A DNA stretch of 58,291 nucleotides, filler included, from Sluysia triapertura (Eukaryota): assembly GCA_046118255.1 (NCBI GenBank). It is 4 parts of 4 records of this genome, joined end to end, with 100 filler letters (N's around TTAATTAATTAA, not from the genome) between each part and the next. Parts side by side here need not be neighbours in the genome. Positions count along the whole stretch, not along the records: positions 42,077 to 58,291 come from JBJNIA010208480.1; 3 more parts are not named here. The stretch is one strand, 5' to 3'. Within the stretch, counting starts at the first letter, position 1. Every line of letters begins with the position of its first letter. Positions 52,210 through 58,291 of the stretch are shown here, piece by piece. The position numbers and the translations under genes were made by a program. The notes under the pieces are model-generated. The model was not told the DNA's origin. It was given only the letters and a program-made list of their open reading frames with translations, and ran no database searches.

Positions 52210-54859
52210 ATACATCAATAAGGCTTCATATATTTGTATATTTTACGTAACTGTGTTTAGTTTATTTGATTATTTCCATAATTTTGTCTTTCATTAAACA
52301 TGTGCATTTGTCTTAGTAAGATTATCCAAACTCTTTTTAATTTTAGGATTCTATTTACATCTATTAATGGAAATAATTCATCTATAAAATTTCTATTGTT
52401 TAATAGTAGATATTAGTTTTATTTTTTTTCTATTTTTCTATATATTGCTAAATTCTATTCTTGAATATATTGTACTATATTAAAGTATATTTATTTTTTG
52501 TGTCATCTCATCAAAATTTAGGTGCATTATATACTTTTGTTTGTGTTTTAGTGTTAATAACAACTTATATCAATTCATATTCTGTACCTTTAAAACTTCA
52601 AATTGGAATTAAACAATTACAAATAAGAATATTTATTTACAATTAAGTCACGAAAGATACCTAGAAGATGTGGTCCTATAATTTACATGAATAAGACTGA
52701 CTTCAATTTATTTATATCAAGAAAGAGGGACGATCTGAAAAATTGTTTAATCCCAAATTGAACTTGTAAAGGTTTAGTGTACCAAAATTTCATGTTGGTA
52801 GTCACTGATTTTATATTATGAATATTTAAAAATAACTGCTGCTAAATGAATATTAAAACATTTAAATTAATGCTACTGGATTTTTATTTCGTAGCTTGTG
52901 ATATATGGAAATTTTAATAAAACGGTACTTTATTTTTAAATATTCAAAATTTGTCAATTTTTAGTGTTTAAGCATGTTTACCGCCAAGTGCTTTATCGTC
53001 TACCTTAATTCTTATGCCAGGTTTTCCCGAATTTTTGGAAAAATTAGTTGGTATAATACACTGTTTATACATTTTATACAATGCAAGACTTTTAAGGTAT
53101 GATTAAATTGTTTTTTTTGGTTATCTATTAATTTATAATAAGCTATAATAAATTTAAGCGGACAAATTCGATAATGTTGAATATAATTTGATGACTGAAA
53201 ATATTTTCATAATATTAGAATGTTTTTCAATGAAGTTTATGAAAGTTATTTTAAGTACACATGATTTATAAGCAGAAAATGGTAAATTATAAGGTTAATT
53301 CATTTGCAAATAATTATATTGTAATGATTTCTAAAATATTTTACTTTATATTATTTGATTTACTCATTAACATCGTCAATTAATTGTAAATAATCAAAAG
53401 ATCTATAAAACAATGAACTTTGAAATGTTATTTTTAAAATGAGTGTTCTATTTTGTTAAATTTGATGATCGAAGTTATTAAATGTATACATAATTATAAC
53501 GAGTATATTAATGTGATTCTGAGTATATTAATGTGTTTTGCTTAAGTTATATTGGAGATATTTTCAAATTAAAAATTAGATTTTATAAACATATTTACAA
53601 ACATTCTAAATTAAATTTAATAACATGTTTTTCGGCATTTTTCAAAATACACTAATAAATTCGGTACACTTGTGATGTATTTAAAATATTTCGAGTTATG
53701 ATTATTAACATTAGTTAAATAACAGTTTTAAATTAAATTACAAACTAATGTCTATTATAATTAGAAATTAACTCGTCTCTTTCGTAGTCATTAATTTTTA
53801 TTTCAAATAAAGTCACTGGAAATATCACGAGTAAATTCGTCTTGATAATGCAGCGAATGAGTTAAATATCGAATAATTTGATTATGTATTATGAAATTAT
53901 TAATCTATGTTATCTTTAATTAAAAGTACTTTCCAAAAGAAGTTTTAGAATAAATTTGCGATTGTGTAAAATCTATCAGTCTTGAATTGATGAACAATAA
54001 TGTTTATTATTTACTATTTTTCCGATACATATTCTATAAATATGGTTAGTTTATGCAATCGTGGATTTTACTTTTAAGTTATAAATTTACATTCCAATAA
54101 TAAAAAGTTGAAAATATCTTCAAATTTTTATATTTATATAACATGTTTTTCCATAGCAAATATTGTAAATGATTTTCATCTCTCATTGGCATGCATGTGT
54201 TACAGTAATTTAGAAATATTTTGTAAATCTAAATAATTTTCATTTAATATATATAGAAACTATCTGAAATAAATTAAATCTCTATATTTAGGTCATTTAT
54301 AAATTATAATACTATTTACGTTATACAAAACGATTAGTACTTTATCTCTAGTTTTGTGCTTTTGTATGCTTGTAAATGAATTTGTTTATTTGCTATTCTT
54401 GTAAATAGTCTTTGTTATGAGAATAAGTGATAATTGTATATTTAAAATTTATAAATAATTTTAAGTTAAGGAAATTTTTACACTTTTCGGTACATTTAAT
54501 TTGGTCATATTTTCATTACCGTTATAAACAAAAAATAATTCGTATAATGAACAATTAAAAATAGAAAATTTGTTAATATATAATAAATTACAGATAACTG
54601 TAACACTTTATGCACAAATGAATTTTTTGTGGTTCCACACTTGTATATATATTTGAGATTTTTCATATTAGTTTTATTTTCAGAAATTAAATAATTAAAT
54701 ATATTTATAGTTTTATAGGGACTTGTTATAAGGCAAAGATATCTTTTAAAAATTATATTCTACTTTAGTATTTTAATCAATGTGTAAATATTTAAAAGTG
54801 ATGATTTGTTTGTGTTCACATTGAAAATGATTAAATTGTAGTGAAGTATCGGACTTTAA

Positions 54860-54929
54860 CACATCATTAGCGGGAAGCCAAACAGACAGTCCATAAAACG
54901 GGTACTAATAACTGCCCGCTCATAATGTG
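54860..54929. mobile_element. 70-bp piggyBac-type MITE
   Basis: TTAA flanks; TIRs cacatcattagcgggaag / ctgcccgctcataatgtg (15/18 match). Confidence 0.8.
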
Positions 54930-55399
54930 TTAAGATTTATCTGTCAATATAAATAGTTTAGTATGTGCACAATACATTTATGATATTTTAAATGTTATCA
55001 ATTCAAATAGATAAACTTAATTAGATTTTTTAAATAAATTGTAAACATATTAATATTAAATCATTTAATAAACATAGTTGGCAATTATTGGGCTATAAAA
55101 TTGTTGTGTTTTTGTTATTTTTAATTTACAATATCAAATAACTCAGTAAATGACATTCGAAATCAATATATTTTGAAATAGCACTATTTTATGACAATAC
55201 ACCTTTGCAAGGTTTGACACAACATAATATCAGTAAATACTGGAACCTTCATTAATAATAAAAAAGAAAAGCATGTTACTAACCTTAAAGTCCCCTATTG
55301 TGTTGAAAATTAAACTTCAATCTCAGTGTTGTCAACAAATAGATTGAGGTATCATACCTAAGGCTATTATCTTTACACATTATATTAAATTCATTATTA

Positions 55400-55950
55400 A
55401 AATTGTCATGAATTAGAAGAAGATGATGAAGGTGAAAACATAACAATGTAAAGATGAAAAACATAACAATGACGAAGAAGATGAAGATAATGATAGTGTT
55501 GAGGAATATAATAATACCCATCATGCTGTTGATACATCTTCTCATATTGGTGATGCAGCTGCTTGTGAAAAAGATGTTCTCGATGAAGACGAAGATGATG
55601 ACAATGATGGTCCATAGAAGAAGATGATGATAACACGAATCCTGCTGCTGCAACTTCAACACAAAGAGAAGCGATGGAAGTTTCGCTCCTCGTGGTTGCC
55701 AGACAGTAGTCGTTCTTGTTCTAGTTCCTTATTGGAATGAAGATGGTACTGTCGATGACACAGTCTTACCACTGTTGCTGTATTTTGGACCCGAAGATGG
55801 ATCTTTAACTGTTGGAGACAATGGCCAATTGTTTGCAGAAAAATGGACTGAAGATGGATCGGCTGTTCGAGTTCTCTGCTCCAGTGGTCTTGGCCTTGAC
55901 CCACGAAGATCCTTTACTCAGCTTGATCCGACATTTTTTGTGTATGTCTG
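55400..55950 (-). pseudogene. Decayed Ser/Thr/Pro-rich low-complexity coding segment (strand uncertain; the plus strand reads acidic)
   Basis: Elevated GC and codon-like periodicity. Minus frame VKDLRGSRPRPLEQRTRTADPSSVHFSANNWPLSPTVKDPSSGPKYSNSGKTVSSTVPSSFQ contains stops. Confidence 0.35.
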
Positions 55951-56003
55951 AGATATAAATGTGTGATGTATTTTTCTTTTATGTAATTAAGTATATAATA
56001 AAA

Positions 56004-56650
56004 TCCAGGGTCGTTTTGTGGACTGCTTTATGAAAACGCCTTATCTGTAGTCCATTTTCCCTACAACTAAATAATCAGACTTTGATCTTTTCTGTTAAAG
56101 CCAGAAATAATATTCTCAAACTCACTTTCTGCCCTCAAAATATTAGGCTTCATCTTCCTATCACTTGTCTCTGATGCGGCTTTGAACGTGAAACGATTAC
56201 CCTATCTTTTGTCTGTGACCTCACAATTTTACAATGAGACGTAATGATAAGACAATGAGACATAATAAGATACTAGAATATCTCTCTAGTACAAAAGGGC
56301 TTTTCAGTTAAGAAAGACACACAAACTCCTCTTACTGATGATTACCGAAGACCCGACATTCAGGCAAAGGGCACAAATTCATCCCAACTTTTTCTCATTG
56401 ATGTCAAATCACCCATCGATGAATATGACAAATTAGAGCGGCCAGGTCTCTTAATATTGCTGTGTACTCTGATCTTAGGGAGAAACTCCAATCGGAACTT
56501 AAATGTCAGGTTTCCCTTTATAACTGTGTAGTTGGTTCATGGGATCGCGAAAATGACATTGTCTTAAAAAAGTTAAGTTTCCGCAAATCTGATATCACTG
56601 ATATCAAGCTGTCTTTGGAGTCGCCTTTTAACATTTACAAGGATAAGATT
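56004..56650 (+). mobile_element. 3' fragment of RLE-type non-LTR retrotransposon (NeSL/Utopia/R2-like), degenerate
   Basis: QGRF...FSVKARNNIL, then CCHC knuckle remnant TCL*CGFERETITYLL, then MRHNKILEYL, then the restriction-like endonuclease RRPDI...LIDVKSPIDE...YSDL...VVGSWDRENDIVLKKL. Confidence 0.85.
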
Positions 56651-56664
56651 AAGTTTAAAAAAAG

Positions 56665-57880
56665 ATTAATTAATTAAAAATCTTAATTAACTTAATTAAG
56701 AAAAAGTACGTTTTTGTGAATAACTCTTGAATGCATAATACTATGTTGAATTTGAAACTGTGTATGTATTTGTTTTGAAAATACCTTTCGATGAAGCCAT
56801 GGTTTGACCGAGTTCATACAAGAAAAGCCTTAATATTGAGTAAATCAAATTTAATTAATTTTTAATTATGGAATGTTGAATTTTTTATACTTAGTGTGAT
56901 GCGAGTGTAATGAATGGAACATGAGATGATTGCTATGTAAGAGGAGAATTTATAAGGAGTTCGAAATATTTCTAAAGTGGTTCGTTTGAGAATAAGAACC
57001 TTAAAACATTTTTCATTAGAAAATTTGGTGTGAAAAACCAAAAATCAATTAAACTCTGAAAACTAAAATTAAATTCATTATTATTTTATGTATGTTAACA
57101 ATAATGATTATTATATTAATGTGAGAATTAATTTAAGTAAAAGTTGATTGAGTAGAGTAAAGGAAAATAATAGATAATCGTAAATCAATTTTTTGTGTTT
57201 TGTATCTAATAAAGTTTGAAAGTATATACAATGTAACTATAAAAGTTATTATTGCCAGATTAATTCTCAAAGAATGTTGCAGTGATTTGTATGAAAGAAT
57301 GTTTAATAAAAAATTTGGAAATGATTGGATGATGAGAAAATATAAAAAGGAATACCAAAAAATTTTACCTCACAACACAACAGTAATAAGAACAATTAAT
57401 AATGCAAATGAGAAGATCAATCCTTTAAGTAATTTTTGAATTTTATAATTAACAATAATATTATTTTTCAGGGATTTTATCAAAATAGTACTTGGCTTTG
57501 TGTTATTTTTTGGAAATTTATATTTGATTATTATTAAGAAATAATCGTGAATAATTAATATTTTTCTTAGTGTTTGTTGCTTCACATCTTTAGATAGATT
57601 GTTATATCATTGATACTATTATTAACGTTATTGTAATCTCGTCATTTTACTCATTTTTAGTAATTTTTAGTGGAGATTTATAATAATAATAATAATAATT
57701 TGTATTTGATTTTCCTTTAACCAGTAAATTATTGTGTTGTTGTTGATTTGATTTTCAATAGCTTAATTTTTGGGTGAATAATTATTATTATCAAAGTAAG
57801 AGAATTACTGAATTACATTGATATTGATTTAGCGTAATTAATAATTTTCAAAGGCGCAACATAATTTTTGGTTCTCCCGG
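56665..57880 (+). repeat. ~1.2-kb dispersed repeat (copy of 39200-40600)
   Basis: See 39200-40600; it directly abuts and truncates the RLE retrotransposon. Confidence 0.85.
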
Positions 57881-58029
57881 TTCTTTTTATTTTATTTAAT
57901 AGTAGAAATTATAGAATTGTATTGTGGTCGCCAACCTTTTCACTTAAAATTAAAATTACCACTTCACATGAAATATCACATTTTCTTACATTTTTACATC
58001 TTACTTTTTCGGATCCATTAATTACATTT

Positions 58030-58130
58030 AAAACATTTTAACTCATAATTTCACAATTTACATCTTAAGTTATCAAAGATATATGTTAAAACATTCCAAG
58101 TTCACAACTCTTAAACATTGCAATCAAAAC
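58030..58130. repeat. Dispersed repeat related to ~10460-10550 (inverted)
   Basis: aaaacattccaagttcacaactctt resembles revcomp of aagaattgtgaacttgaaatgtttt. Confidence 0.55.
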
Positions 58131-58291
58131 GGAATTTCTTTTAATATCTATAACTACTCATTATCATTTCTTCTACTACTTCATAAGATTTCAACAGATA
58201 ATTATAGACATTTTAAAGAAAAAATTGTATATAAAAATGAGAAAAATACCTAAAGATTATGTATATCCTTAAATATATCCTTATATATATA

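Overview
This is very AT-rich eukaryotic genomic DNA that looks animal-like and strongly diverged. It consists of four contigs (1-13857, 13958-25863, 25964-41976, 42077-58291) joined by artificial N44-TTAATTAATTAA-N44 linkers, plus one 147-N gap. Recognisable spliced host genes are an EML/EMAP HELP-motif exon, the first exon of a PP2C (PPM1A/B-like) phosphatase, a PSMD5 exon and a six-exon ARHGAP20-like RA+RhoGAP gene with 33-35-nt introns. Tiny introns and this AT content would fit a reduced parasitic animal such as an orthonectid, but that is unverified. Much of the rest is decayed mobile DNA: mariner/Tc1/IS630 remnants, a hAT MITE, two tiny piggyBac-type MITEs, foldback elements, an RLE-type non-LTR retrotransposon 3' end and dispersed repeats. 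The most notable feature is a non-coding, extensively base-paired repeat family found in three contigs (1-1013, ~41900-41976, 42077-45821). It has covarying stems, a module repeated about six times, and an array of five bulged-A/GYAA-loop hairpins whose G-U wobbles point to a minus-strand RNA. Also notable are a tRNA-like gene with intact Ala identity but an aberrant anticodon arm, and a convergent gene pair carrying a CBP/p300 TAZ1 helix and a ubiquitin-like domain. All alignments and folds were done by eye, and coordinates of degenerate features are approximate.
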